From positions 9,362,001 to 9,426,000 of the forward strand of contig CM059452.1 in the NCBI GenBank assembly GCA_030390025.1: a DNA stretch of 64,000 nucleotides, written 5' to 3'. Shown here piece after piece: positions 25,865 to 38,137 of this stretch (positions are counted from its first letter, which is position 1; each line of letters begins with the position of its first letter). Both the position numbers and the translations under genes were made by a program. This DNA comes from Squalus acanthias (lineage: Eukaryota). The notes below the pieces were generated by a model that saw only the letters and a list, made by a program, of their open reading frames with translations, was not told where the DNA came from and ran no database searches.

Positions 25865-26395
25865 TCTCTCAGCCCGCAGCACGCAGTGATACACCGCGCT
25901 GTCAGACAGCCGCAGGCCGCCGATGGTGAAATTCCCTTCACTTTTCGAAGTGTCGAGAGATGCTGAAAATCGAGCCCCCGCCCCCTCTGCTTTGGAAACA
26001 TCCCCACCAGAAGGGATGTAGATCAAGAATGTGGGGCCTTTGTCCCGGTCCTGACGGTACAGTTGTAAGAAATAGAAAGTAGCAGTGGTCGAACAATTGC
26101 AATTGATGGTCACCGAGTCTCCTTCAAACTGCATCGCTCTACCCGGCCCCTGTGAGACCGACTCCGCACCACTGACACCTGCAGAAATTTAGAAATACAG
26201 AACTGAAAGCTCTCACTGTCATTTAATTATAACTAATATAATAAAGGTGACGGAATGCATGGCAAGTATAGAGAAACACAGTTAAAAGATTCTCTGTGTT
26301 AGTGACACCTGCAAGAGGAAGTTTGTGTAACTTGTGAACTTACCATTTAATAGAGCTGCAGCTGTGACGACTGAGTAAAAAGTCACACCCAACAT
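25865..26395 (-). CDS. TRAV/TRDV: TCR alpha/delta V (leader 26344-26395, exon 25865-26178), open
   Basis: MLGVTFYSVVTAAALLNG / ESVSQGPGRAMQFEGDSVTINCNCSTT..LQLYRQ..LSDSAVYHCVLRAER. RSS CACAGTG-23-ACAAAAACA at 25826-25864. Confidence 0.92.
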
Positions 26396-27042
26396 GTTTG
26401 CAGCGAGTTGATGGCGGATTTGAACAGAACGGGTTGAACATGTAATTGTTTTAGTCAAGAGTTGGGAAGATATTGAGTAATATCCGTCTCTCTGCCGATT
26501 GGTTCATTCCTGACAGAGTCAACAGGTGACATCCAATCAACTCAGGGGTCCTTTGTTCTCCAATTCATCCAATCAGCTCACAGTTCCTTTGTTCTCCCAT
26601 TCATCCAATCATCTCACAGCTCCTTTGTTCTCCAACACATGACCTCAGAGCGGGGAGCGGGGAACGGAGTGAAATTGTTCTCCTCACAACAGAGAACTGG
26701 ACGGGGATTAAACCCAATGTTCGCCCGTTAACAGGGGCAGTATGTGCGTTGGGAGCAGTGAAGGGAAATGGTTATCTTGTTTAGTATAAGTGCCGGAGGG
26801 TCCCGTTAAAACATCTGCTCACGGACCATGTGAACTACCCACAGCCGATATAAATGGGGATATTATATAGAATTACACTGTGCACAGCACAGAAACAAGC
26901 CATTGAGCCAAACTCGTCTTTATAATTTGGTTTCCGTTCTATTATCTGATCATAATCCAGGTCACAGATCTGATTCATTGAGAGGAGGAGAGAGTCCTTT
27001 GCTAGATTTTGTACGGACTGACTGCGCCCCTGTAACAGTGTG

Positions 27043-27482
27043 GGGCGCTCAGCGCACATAAATACACAGCAGAGTCAGAGATGAGCGTTCCGGAGACATT
27101 TAAAGGAACCGTTTTGTTGTCTTGGTCCAAATCAGCAGAGAACCGTTCTGGGGTATCTGGAGCCTTTTCTCCGGACACCGAGCTATATCGCTTCAGTAAA
27201 TATCTCGGAGCTTCCCCGGGATACTGGATGTACCAGAAGAGGGTTGAGCCAGTGTACTCTGCCGAGTAACGACAGTTCAGTATTATGGTCTGTCCTTCCT
27301 GAGCGGTTAATTCTGGCGGATCCTGAAATACTGCGTCTTTTCCACTCGTACCTGTAACAAAATACAGAATGTGTGAAAAGCCTGGCAGTGAATACAACCC
27401 ATGGAACACACACTGGTCATTTAAACACAGACTCACTGTGCAGCACGACCATTATTATTAGTAAAGAACACGGGGAGCACAT
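27043..27482 (-). CDS. TRAV/TRDV: TCR alpha/delta V (leader 27437-27482, exon 27043-27351), open
   Basis: MCSPCSLLIIMVVLH / DAVFQDPPELTAQEGQTIILNC..FWYIQYPGEAP..ISDSAVYLCALSA. RSS CACACTG-23-ACAAAATCT at 27004-27042. Confidence 0.94.
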
Positions 27483-29554
27483 GATGTCTGGTTTAGAGTT
27501 CGACAGAAAATAACAGAATGTTCTAAACATGTGCGATATTAAAGATTAAACCCAGATCAGGGTCAGGCTTCACTTATTGAGAAACTGAGGGGCGTTTCCC
27601 AGGACATGATTGGCTGGTCTCTCAGAACTGTCTTCAGCTTTGCACCAATGAGTGTTATTTGTGTCCAATTACTGCAGGATCTCTTCAAACTCTTTCCTTG
27701 CCTGTCTGTGTGTGTCATTATCTCTCTCTATATATATGTCTATTTAACTCGGTGTCTCTATCTGAGTCACGGTTTCTCTCTCCATCTCTCTCTCTCTGTC
27801 TTTTCCTTTCATTCTATCTCTGTCGCTCTCTAACTAAGGTGAAATGTGAAGAAATTCCTGAAGTCATTGTGTCCCATTAATAGTTGCAATCTTAAGAATA
27901 TGAATTACATTACACACACACCAACATTAACAAAAATACACAGAATGTTTGATATCTTTGGAAGTTAATGACGTATATTCAGTGGTGCTTTGCTTGAGAT
28001 GCAAACTCTTTAACAAGTGATCAGAGAGCGCACTCCTGTGTCAGGTACAAGCCTCACACAGAGCATTGGAAACAAGCACATGACCACAGACACCCGCACA
28101 TAGACAGACAGACACACACTCAAACACACACAGACACACATACCAGAATAAACACAGACGGGCACACAATGATTGATATCTTGTGGATGTTATTGATCTA
28201 TATTCAGTTGTGAATTGTTTGAGATGAATGAGAAACAGACTTGGTGCAAACTATTCTAGAATTGGATTCATTCCGTCTCTCAGCAATGTGCCAAAACGTT
28301 TCCCAACCAATCAGACAATTTCTGAATATCATGTGACAAGCTGCACCCGCTCATCCCTGAGTCACTGGTTGTATATTTGTCTTTTCTCGCTTCTCTTCCT
28401 GGACACAATCAGCACAGCCCCATCCCCGCGGTGCGATCTACTTGCTGCTCTCTTTAACTGATAAGTGCAGGTTCCTGAACGGATAAAAACATTAATGTCA
28501 CGTTGTTTGGAGAGCAACTCGTCCACATTCTGTTTTCAGATGCAATGGGATCTAAATTCACTAAACAGGTTCAATCTGTGCGGTGGGGCAGTAATGGGAA
28601 ATAGTTAATGTTGTTCTGGTATCAGTGCCGGAGGCTCCGATTAAAGAGCTGCTCACTGACCATTAGATCTACTCAATGCCGATATAACGGGGTATATAGA
28701 TGGCCAGCGGGTTCTGAGGGACTTGAACACAACGATACGGTAAGTTAAACAAACGCCACCTCTTATATGAATGAAATGGGGAATGACTGACATTTTTGAG
28801 CAGAATGGGAGGATGCGACCAGCGAATAGGCTCAGTGATACTACGGTGAGCTGGTCATTAAAATATTTACAACATGTCATTAACAATACTTTAATAAATC
28901 ACAATAACATTAAAATAAAACAATGCTTCCATTTGAAATTAATGCCTTTATTTCTGAACCCCTTTATTAAATAAAGGAGGTGAACGGTGTTGCCCGTCTG
29001 TAACTCGCCCTCACACTGAAACCAACAGTGAACACTACCGCCCACTGCCCTCTGGTGGCGACGACCTGTAAATACAAGGTACAAATCCCGCTGTGTTGCA
29101 GTTCACCAGATCATTGAGAATGAGGGAGGCCATTCGGCTTGTCTTCTCTCATCCAGCCAGAGAAATCCTAACTCCCGCCCCTCACTGCAGCCTCAAACTT
29201 TTCCTTAAAAGGCTCCATGGTATTTCTCTCCGCCACTCTATCCAGAAGTATATTCCAAACATTAATCACTGTGTGTGTGAAAAATATCCTGCTACCAGCC
29301 CTAAAATTACCTTTTATACATTAAACCCGTGTCCCCAGCTTCTACTTCCACAGCTCACTTTAAATTAATATTGCGGGTTCGGTTTTAATGCTGATACTCC
29401 TCTTGGGGTCACTGCAGCCGGGCACTGGGACACGCTGCTGCTTAAATCAGCTCCTGTACCCATCCCCTTCATCATTCCGCTTCACAGAAAGGGGTCATTG
29501 CGAGAGAAAGTGAGCACCAGGCGACTATTTCCTTCTTCTCACTTCCTCTTCATC

Positions 29555-29782
29555 AGCCACGCCCACAGCTTCTGTTTGCTGCTCTCGCTCTGACCCGGCT
29601 TGCCTGCTCAGTGTTACTGGAGAGATTGCTGCCGCTGTTCCGTTTGGCATTGGTTGAATCACTTCTCAGTGCAGTGGGGTGGGGATCTGTATTTCTGCTC
29701 CGACAGAGGATTTCCAGGACTGCAGAGTTACAGACTCAGGGAGCATCATCCAGAACCGTCTCGCACCGCTCCTCATCATTTT
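29555..29782 (+). pseudogene. Orphan promoter/leader copy of V family A (ATG changed to ATC, no V exon)
   Basis: Inverted copy of ~30485-30705, and similar to ~50155-50373. It ends inside the leader. Confidence 0.75.
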
Positions 29783-30025
29783 TCAGATCTGAATCATGGT
29801 GATTCTGTCACTCAGACGCTGTCTTCAAGACTTAAGACAGAAGGAGAAGCGGTGACTTGTGGAGTGTTCTGTTTTCTCGCCCTTTTTAGTAGGTGCCTGA
29901 GACTCTTACTGTGGAGGCTGAATTATCGCTTGTTTATCGGTGTGAGAGCGCCCTCTGGTGAGCACTAACTGGAACTCTCAGTCTGGGTTTTTGTACGGGA
30001 TCCGCTATATCTCTGCAGCAGTGTG

Positions 30026-30516
30026 GGGCTCATGGCACAGAAATACACGGCGGTGTCCGAGATCAGGGCTTTGTTGATCGTTAGCTCAGTAATCTTGGTA
30101 GTTTTATTAAACGTAGAATTGAATCGGTCAGTGAAGTCGGGGTGCCGGTTTACATTCTCACCGATAAGATGAAGCACGTACTGTGGAGGCTGCCCGGGGC
30201 GCTGACTGTACCAGAACACATAAGGGTTAGTAGCACTTGTTTTCAAGATGCAGGTTAATGTGACATTACTTTCCTCTTCAACCGTCATTTCAGGGACCGG
30301 CTGTTCCGCTGCGTCTTGGTGGCTCCATTCTAACATAAAAAACAGTAATAGTCATCATCACCATCATCATCACCATTAATGTCATCTTAAGCAACATAAT
30401 CATCATCATTTTAGCAACAATAACATCTGGGTTACAGCAGTCAGGGAGTGAATGTGAAAGAAATCCTTACTGAACAGTGATATAATGATGAGGAGCGATG
30501 CGAGACGGTTCCACAT
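30026..30516 (-). CDS. TRAV/TRDV: TCR alpha/delta V, family A copy 1 (leader 30471-30516, exon 30026-30329)
   Basis: MWNRLASLLIIISLF / WSHQDAAEQPVPEMTVEEESNVTLTC..FWYSQRPGQPP..ISDTAVYFCAMSP. RSS CACACTG-24-ACAAAAACC at 29986-30025. Confidence 0.94.
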
Positions 30517-31357
30517 GATCCTCCCTCCGTCTGTAACTCTGTAGTCCGGGAAATCCTCTGTCGGAGCAGAAATACAGATCCCCGCCCCACTGCACTGCTG
30601 ATACAACCAATGCCAAACATGGAACAGCGGCAGCAATCTCTCCAATAACACAGGGCAGGCAAGGCGGGTCAGAGCGAGAGCAGCAAACGGAAGCTGTGGG
30701 CGGGGCTGCCGCGGGCAGTGTCACCGCAAGATTTATCTCTATAATTTCCAGCTGATAACGGCGACAAACATACGCCCTCTGCCGGTGACTCTGATAATTT
30801 TACACTGTCAGGATAATGGGCTGAGTGAAGTGTGAGTTTATCGATGGGGCAGTTCACATAGGCCTGTTATTGGGAGACAATGTGTATTGTTTCAGACAAT
30901 TCAGCTTTGTAAATAGGGCGAAGAGAAATGTGAGTGAATTTAAAGGAAAGGACATTTTACTCTATTTCTGAATCTCTTTCTTCATGGCTTTCTCTTACCT
31001 TTTAGCTTTGTGTTTCTCACTCGTTATTTTTCACTTTCTTTCATTTCTCTTTCCCTCCTTTCCTAATTTGCTGTCCTCTACACTCTCATTATTACATCTT
31101 TTTTTTCTTTCTCTCGCTCATTCTTTCTTTGGTGTTTTCTCTTTCTTTTCCTCTGTCTATGTTTCCAACTCTCTTCATTTCTCACTTTATTTAAATCATT
31201 CTCTTCAATATATCATCATTGTTCTGTGCTCATTTTCTCTGCCCTCCGATTATTATAACCGGGCCCCTCCCAATCCCGTTACTCCAAACACAGCAGAGCG
31301 GCGCTCCCCCTCGGGGCAGGTTTCTGTGCGGACTCTCCGCCTGTTTATTACACTGTG

Positions 31358-31691
31358 GGCTCACTGCGCAGAGATAGGTGGCGCTGTCTGTCACTCGCGC
31401 GTCTCTCACAGTCAGGGCACTGAGTTTATTGCCTCCCCCGATTGAAGCAGTGATCCTCCCTTGTTGATCGGTCCCGCTTGTAGCCATCACCAGATGCTGG
31501 ATGGTCTGATTCGGGTTCTGTCTGTACCAGTACAGGATGCGAAACACAGAGGTTGTCGTGCAGTTGATGGATACGATTCCCGCATCACGAACAACCATCC
31601 GCCGAGGGAGCTGCACCACCTCATCTTCACCGATCACATGCGTGCAGAGCAGAGCGTAAATCAGCAGGGAGACTCTGTAAGCCCGGAGCAT
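31358..31691 (-). CDS. TRAV/TRDV: TCR alpha/delta V, family B copy 1; leader and V in a single exon
   Basis: MLRAYRVSLLIYALLCTHVIG runs directly into EDEVVQLP..SINC..YWYRQ..VTDSATYLCAVSP. RSS CACAGTG-23-ACAGAAACC at 31319-31357. Confidence 0.92.
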
Positions 31692-33122
31692 TATCCGATC
31701 AGATGAAAAGGAGGCTGAAAGAAATGTACACAGAGGTCGGGTTAGAACCAGGACACGGACATTATATTCAGGGTAATTAACAAGGAGCCAAACTCCGATT
31801 CATGTCCAACTCAGAGGCTTCTTCCTGTCGAATAAACAAAACAAGCAGCACCTGGCGGTTTACCCAACACGGGCGGCCCACGCTCAGTGTGACTCACTGA
31901 CACCAGATCACACTGTCTCTGAGCTCACACCGGGCAGCGCAAGCTCAGGGTTTCTCACTGTTTCACACTGTCCTCTGGTGGCGAGTACTGGTAATTGCGA
32001 GGTGCAATTATTAACGCCAATTACCGCTAATCTGCAGTACACAAGATAGTTACAAGAGAGAACGGCTACTCGTTCCTGCTACGAATGCTTCATCATTGAG
32101 AGAGGTTCTGGCTCTCGACTTCCATTACAGCATCCAACGATTCCACTGTATTTTGCTCACCCAATCTAACTGAAAATTTATTCCACACATTGATCACTGC
32201 CAGTGTGTGAAGAGGAATTTCCTGATACCTGTCCTAAAATCACCCTTTATAATTTTATTCTGTGTGCTTCCCCAGAAGGATGGAGTGGGAATTTTTATGC
32301 AAATATTTAGAATATTTCAATAGTAAAAATAACATTGATAAATCACAATGAAAATTGATAATATAGACACTGATATTAATTTCAAAGTGAAGCCTCTATT
32401 TCCGAATCTGTTTCTTTAATCCCTTTTCTTCATTAAAGTTACTGAACAATGTTCTCAGGCTGTGACTCCCTCGATACTGAAACCAACACAGTGAACACAT
32501 CCTCGCACTGCCCTCTGGTGGCGGCTGTATGTAGCTACAAGGTACAAGTCATGCCCTGTTCCAGTTCACAAGATGATTCTGAATGAGGGAAGCCATTCGG
32601 CCCGTATTGTCCCATCCATCCAGAGAGATACTATCTCCCGGCCCCACTGTGGCCTCAAACTTTTCCTTAAAAGCTTCTAGGATATGTTCCTCCACCACTG
32701 TATTCGGAAACTTATTCCATACATTCACCACTTCCTGAGTGTGAAGAAGATATTGTCCTATAATTACATTTTATACATTCAACCCGCGCAGATTGACACG
32801 AAGTGAAGAAAACCATCATGATGCACCTTTATTCAGCACTGAACACTGTTTGGGGAAAGTCGAAACAATCCTCCAGTGAAAGAAAGCGGAAGAGTTGAGG
32901 TGAGATTACAGGCGAATGGCAGACAGACCCGCTCCGCCCCGCCGGGGTCAATGACGGACTTTGACAGATACACGAGTCTTAAACCCACATACCTTTTGGA
33001 GTTTTCCCTTCACATCACAAGAGGTGAAGGTGAGGAACTGATCCCGTTGGAAGGTGCTGAAGGTTCAGTAAAGGAAGTTTTATTCAGTCGATCTCAACAC
33101 CATCCCGTGAGCAGCCACTGAG

Positions 33123-33568
33123 CTGTGGGGAAATATATTTATGTTTAACTGCCCTGATTTACTTCGCAGGTAAGTGTTGGGGGTGACGGCTGATTCTGGG
33201 GGATAGACACAGTGGAGTGACATTGTTTAATTTAATTTAATATCGCTTAGATCTCTTGCAGGACATTGTCGAGAAGATTCAGTTTCACAGACACCGGCTG
33301 CAAACACAGTCAGTTAAGGAGAAGATGTTCAGTTGCACTGTAATTATACAGCTACAAGTGGGAGCAATCCTTAACTATTCTGGTACCGTCTGTATCCCAG
33401 CGGACCCATGGAGTATCTGCTGCAGAGAGCAAGACACAGCGAGAACGAAGGGAAAGTTCCAGGGGTCCGTTTTTCAGCGAAGGTCGATGATGGAAGCCGA
33501 ACCGTCCCGCTGAATGTGTCTGAAACACAACTGACAGACTCCGCGGTGTATTACTGCGCACTGAGCCC
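33123..33568 (+). pseudogene. TRAV/TRDV: TCR alpha/delta V pseudogene (exon 33262-33568)
   Basis: EDSVSQTPAANTVS*GEDVQLHCNYTATSGSNP*LFWYRLYP..LTDSAVYYCALSP has two stops, and the leader lacks an in-frame ATG. RSS CACAGAG-23-ACAAAAACT at 33569-33607. Confidence 0.9.
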
Positions 33569-34132
33569 CACAGAGACACGGAGCGGGGCTGGACCTGTAC
33601 AAAAACTGTCAGAGCGTCGCTCAACATATCAGCGCATCAGAGGAACATTGTGATCAGGGGCGAGTCTCAGCTGGTCCCTGTATTTGTGATTAGACATTGT
33701 GCTGTTAATTCTACTATATAGGTATCTTTATTACTGCAATGTGTCTCTTTTTAAATATTTATCTAATTCCCCTTTAAATGTTATTATTGAATCTGCTTCC
33801 ACCGCCCTTTCAGACAGTGAATTCCAGATCACAACAACTCACTTAGTAAAAAATCAAATCTCCTCATCTCCTCTCTGGGTCTTTTGCCCAGTATATTCAA
33901 TGTGTTTGTCCTCTGGGTACCGACCCTACTGCCAGTGGAAACAGTTTCTCATTATTTACTTCATCAAAACTCTTCATATATTTCTGTTTGGATACAGTCA
34001 CTCTGAGAACTCCTATTCTGAAATGCTATCCCGCTTTTGTTGTGTGAGCGACAATCTCACCGCCTGTTGGGATTTATTACTCACAGTTATTGGAACTTTA
34101 TCTAAACGTTTAACTCTCTGTCCTTTGGACAG

Positions 34133-34435
34133 CGTCCTTGGATGGATCGCTCATTGGCCAATGGAAGAGGTGACCGCTCAGGAGGGAGATATCGCGACAA
34201 TAACCTGCTCCTCTACAGAGGTGACGAGAGTTTGCCTGTGCTGGTACCGGGAGGGTCGGTCCGTGGGCCCGGAGAATATCCTCATCCGCTGCACCGACCG
34301 GTTCAGTGACGATGCGAACTTTGCAAGACGGCGCTTCACCTCATCTTTGGCCAAAACTTACAGAGCCGTCAGTTTAAGCGTTTCACAGCTGACAGCTGCG
34401 GATTCCAGGAAATACTTCTGGGTCATAACACCGCA
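34133..34435 (+). pseudogene. Divergent TCR V-like segment (second canonical Cys replaced by Trp), family C
   Basis: EVTAQEGDIATITC..CLCWYREG..DDANFARRRFTSSL..LTAADSRKYFW. RSS CACGGTG-23-AGATAAACT at 34436-34474. Confidence 0.78.
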
Positions 34436-34774
34436 CACGGTGCTCTATGTAGAGCAAGAGCTGACAGATAAACTACAGGTGCTCTGGCGCGGCAGACTGT
34501 GACAGTGAACTCTCTGGTTCATGTATCTCATGGTCCAATGTCACTGTGTAGTCCGACGGAGAAGGACAACAATTCTTCCATCCAAAATGTTTCCTCAACG
34601 TGTCACAAACAGATAGACAGACAGACAGACCGCTGTTTGGACGCATGATGTTTTCGTTAATGACAACAGATTGAAAATATCTGGAAAGTCCCTGGATTCT
34701 CAAATCCCTTTGACCCTCCACAGGAATCTGAGCCAACAACACTTTCTCCAGAACATTCCACATTCTCGCTTCCC

Positions 34775-35237
34775 TTTGAAAGAAGGAAAGACTTGCATTT
34801 ATATAGCGCCTTTCACAACCAGCGGACGTCCCAAAGCGCTTTACAGCCAATGAAGTACTTTTTGAAGTGTAGTCACTGTTGTAATGTAGGAAACGCGGCA
34901 GCTAATTTGCGCACAGCAAGATCCCACAAACAGAAACATGATAATGACTGCATAATCTGTTTTACTAATGTTGCTTGAGGGATAAATATTGACCAAGATA
35001 ACTCCGCTGCTCTTTTTCGAAGTATTAGGATTCATTACGTCCTCCTGAGTGGTCAGACAGGGCCTCGGTTTAGCATCTCATCCAAAAGACGACACCTCCG
35101 ACAGTGCAGCACTCCCTCAGTACTGACATCGGGAGGGTGCGCCTAGATTTTGTGTTCAAGTCTCTGGAGGTTGAATTGAACCCACAATATTCTGACTCAG
35201 AGGCGAGAGTGCTGCCAACTGAGCCAAGGTTGACCCT
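34775..35237 (-). mobile_element. tRNA-derived SINE (DeuSINE-like)
   Basis: On the minus strand: head tggctcagttggcagcactctcgcctctgagtcag..gggttcaattc (A/B boxes) and tail ggcgctatataaatgcaagtct. A related head lies at ~53960-54075 (+). Confidence 0.7.
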
Positions 35238-36582
35238 AGTACTTCTGGATTAGTCCTTGTTCTGTTCATTATGATGCATATGCACTTTTATTAATAATAA
35301 ATGTATAATATCTATATACAAATGCAGCTGGATGAGCTTTGTTGAAGTAACCAGGCTGATGACTGACAGACAGATGGACAGCGGCCTCTCTGGGCCTTGC
35401 TCACTTGTTCTCCCTCAGCAGGGGGCGGGGGGAAAGCTTGTAACAGGGTTTCCCCAGTGCAGACACAGAGAAAGGAATCACTGGACACCGGGGAAAGCGG
35501 GGGGGGAAATCATACTGACTGGAGCCCGTGCAAACACAAAAATCACGGGCATCCGGCATCAGTTGAACTGAAAGGAAATGAAAGTCAGTTGTTGTGAATG
35601 CGGATTGCGGGTTGTTGTTGTTTATTGTGCGGATCAGAAAGGGTCAAATCTCCCAGTGGAAAATGTGAATTTCCAAGATCCACTTCATGTTAATTAATGT
35701 TTTTGCTCCTGTAAGTGTTGAGGTACAAGGTTCGACATTCGCCATCAGCAACACCGCAACACACCTCCCCATAAATGAACACTGGGAACTGCCCCATACA
35801 TACACTTATTGTCTGTTTTCACCCAATATCCGAACAATGTAAAAGGTCTCATTGTATCCGCCAGAGGGCGCCGTGGTCCCAAGGTACTCGCTGCTCCCTC
35901 GGGTCTCGAACCATTGTTCTTCCTCATTTGTGTAAACTCATCATAATTTCAAAGCCTACTTGTATCTGAGTTTTCTTTCGTGGGAATCAGCAAAGCTTTC
36001 CCTCCGTCTCTTTTACTTTGTAAGCTATTCATCGTCACAATCTCTACCACGCTTATGAATTATTCCCTTATACTGCAAATCTTAAAGCGACTGCGAGTGA
36101 TATCTTTGGTAGCTGCCGTTTGAAATAAACCTTATATATTAAAATCTGGACTGAAGGACACACTCAGAGAGACGTTTCTGTAACCCGGGCGAGGAGTTTC
36201 TCCCGTGTCAATAACCACCATTTCCCTTCCCATGTGATTAATTTCAGCACAGTGGAATGGCGCCTCCTGTGAGTTTCAGTCAGGCATTAATCTAACAGAT
36301 TCAGCAGATATTTGGGGAAGGGGCTCATATTCCCCTCCGAGCAATTACCAACACGGTCGGATGATGGCGGTAAGATATTATCTCGAAGTAACAATATATC
36401 GGTTTGAAAGTAGATGAAGATGTTGTTTATTTCAATCACTGTTACTAATCAGACTGAAGTGGTTGATGGGGAGTCGGGTTTGATTAACCTGCTGGGGACC
36501 CATAGTGGGAAGATTTCCTCTGGTCTCTCTCTGTAAATCTCATCCACAAGCTGTTTTAACGAAATCGCACGTTTATTATTTT

Positions 36583-37230
36583 ATGATGTGGAGATGCCGG
36601 TGTTGGACTGGGGTGGACAAATGTGAGAAGTCGCACGACACCAGGTTATAGTCCAACAGCTTTATTTGAAATCACAAGCTTTTGGAGCGCTGCTCCTTCG
36701 TCAGGTGAAGTGAAGAGATGCATATAGGCACAGCATATATAGTCAGAGAACACTGGCAGATGATTACAGTTAATCTTTCCAACTGCCCATTATCACACCT
36801 CGGCAGAGAGACAATCACGGCAATCAAAGGTGTGGATGGTGTCCAAACAGGTCAGTCAGGAAAACATTACATCAAAGACAATGAGGTGGGGTCACAAGGG
36901 GTCAAATGTGGCAGATGCTGGAGTCTGTAAGGAAAACAAAAAACTGTTTTTGCTGGAAATCACCGCATCTGTTTAGATAGAACAAGCCAACGACGACTCG
37001 AGTCTGGATGACTCTACGTCAGGTGGGGTTACATGTAGCGTGACAAAGGTGTGATAAAGGGCAGTTTGAAAGATTAACTGTAATCATCTGGCAGTGTTCT
37101 CTGACTATATATGCTGTGCCTATATGCATCTCTTCACTTCACCTGACGAAGGAGCAGCGCTCCTAAAGCTTGAGATTTCAAATAAAGCTGTTGGACTATA
37201 ACCTGGTGTCGTGCGACTTCTCACATTTGT
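36583..37230. mobile_element. Penelope-like element remnant with 184-bp inverted arms (36617-36800, 37047-37230)
   Basis: Arms are near-perfect reverse complements, each carrying a CTGACGA..NAAA hammerhead-like core. The insert is absent from the paralogous sequence at ~43130. Confidence 0.7.
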
Positions 37231-37682
37231 TTTAGAATGCGTTCACTATTTCGTTGGAAATAGCGAGCAGAGGAAATCTAGCACACACAGCGGATAGTTC
37301 AGTGTAACCACGGATGCTACAGGAAAAGGAAGTTAATGCTCTCGGTGAGCCGTCACACACCGACATAAAATAAACAAACACTCAGTGTGACCAATTCGGG
37401 CCCATTAAATAAATCCCCAACCTCAGCAAAGGTGAAACTTTCTTCACAGTCACTGAGTGATTGGCTCCACCTTCAGATACTTTATGCTGTGGTTCAAAGG
37501 GCTTCAACTGAGCCACTTGAATCTCATTTCAATATATGGCGGGTGTATTGGAGATGGTGTCATTGGAGGGGATCAATGGAAGCAGGAAGTGACGTTGAAC
37601 CAGTAGGAGCCTCTGACGAGGTCTATTCCGGTCTAGGATTGGGCTCTTAAAGGGACCAACAGGTTCGGGCTCGGCAGCGGCA

Positions 37683-38137
37683 GTGCGGATATTCAGCGTC
37701 TGGGTTGTGTTTGTGGTGTTTGTTGTCGGTGAGGATGACTCCAATCATGTCGTGTTCAAACTAAAGTGTTAATATTATTTCAGGTTTTAAATCTCGGTCT
37801 TATCTTGTTCCTAAACACATGTTACAGATCAGAGTGATGGAGATTCTGTTACTCAGTCCCAGACTTCAGTCAGCAGGAGAGAAGGTGAAGCGGTGACTAT
37901 AAGATGCACCTACAGCACCACAGCCAACGACTATTATTTATATTGGTACCGGCAACAACCAGAGAAGGAGCCCCAGTTTGTAATCAGGAGACGTTCTTGG
38001 GACACACAGGAACAGAGAGGAGAAGGTTTCGGAATCCGTTTCTCTGCTGTGCTCCAGACCTCGACTAAATTCACCAGTTTAGCCATCTCCGGGCTGCAGC
38101 TGACTGACGCTGCCGTGTATTACTGCGCCTTGAGACT
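37683..38137 (+). CDS. TRAV/TRDV: TCR alpha/delta V (leader 37683-37728 starting with GTG, exon 37828-38137)
   Basis: (V)RIFSVWVVFVVFVV / GDSVTQSQTSVSRREGEAVTIRC..YWYRQQPEKEP..LTDAAVYYCALRL. RSS CACAGTG-23-ACAAAAACT at 38138-38176. Confidence 0.9.
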
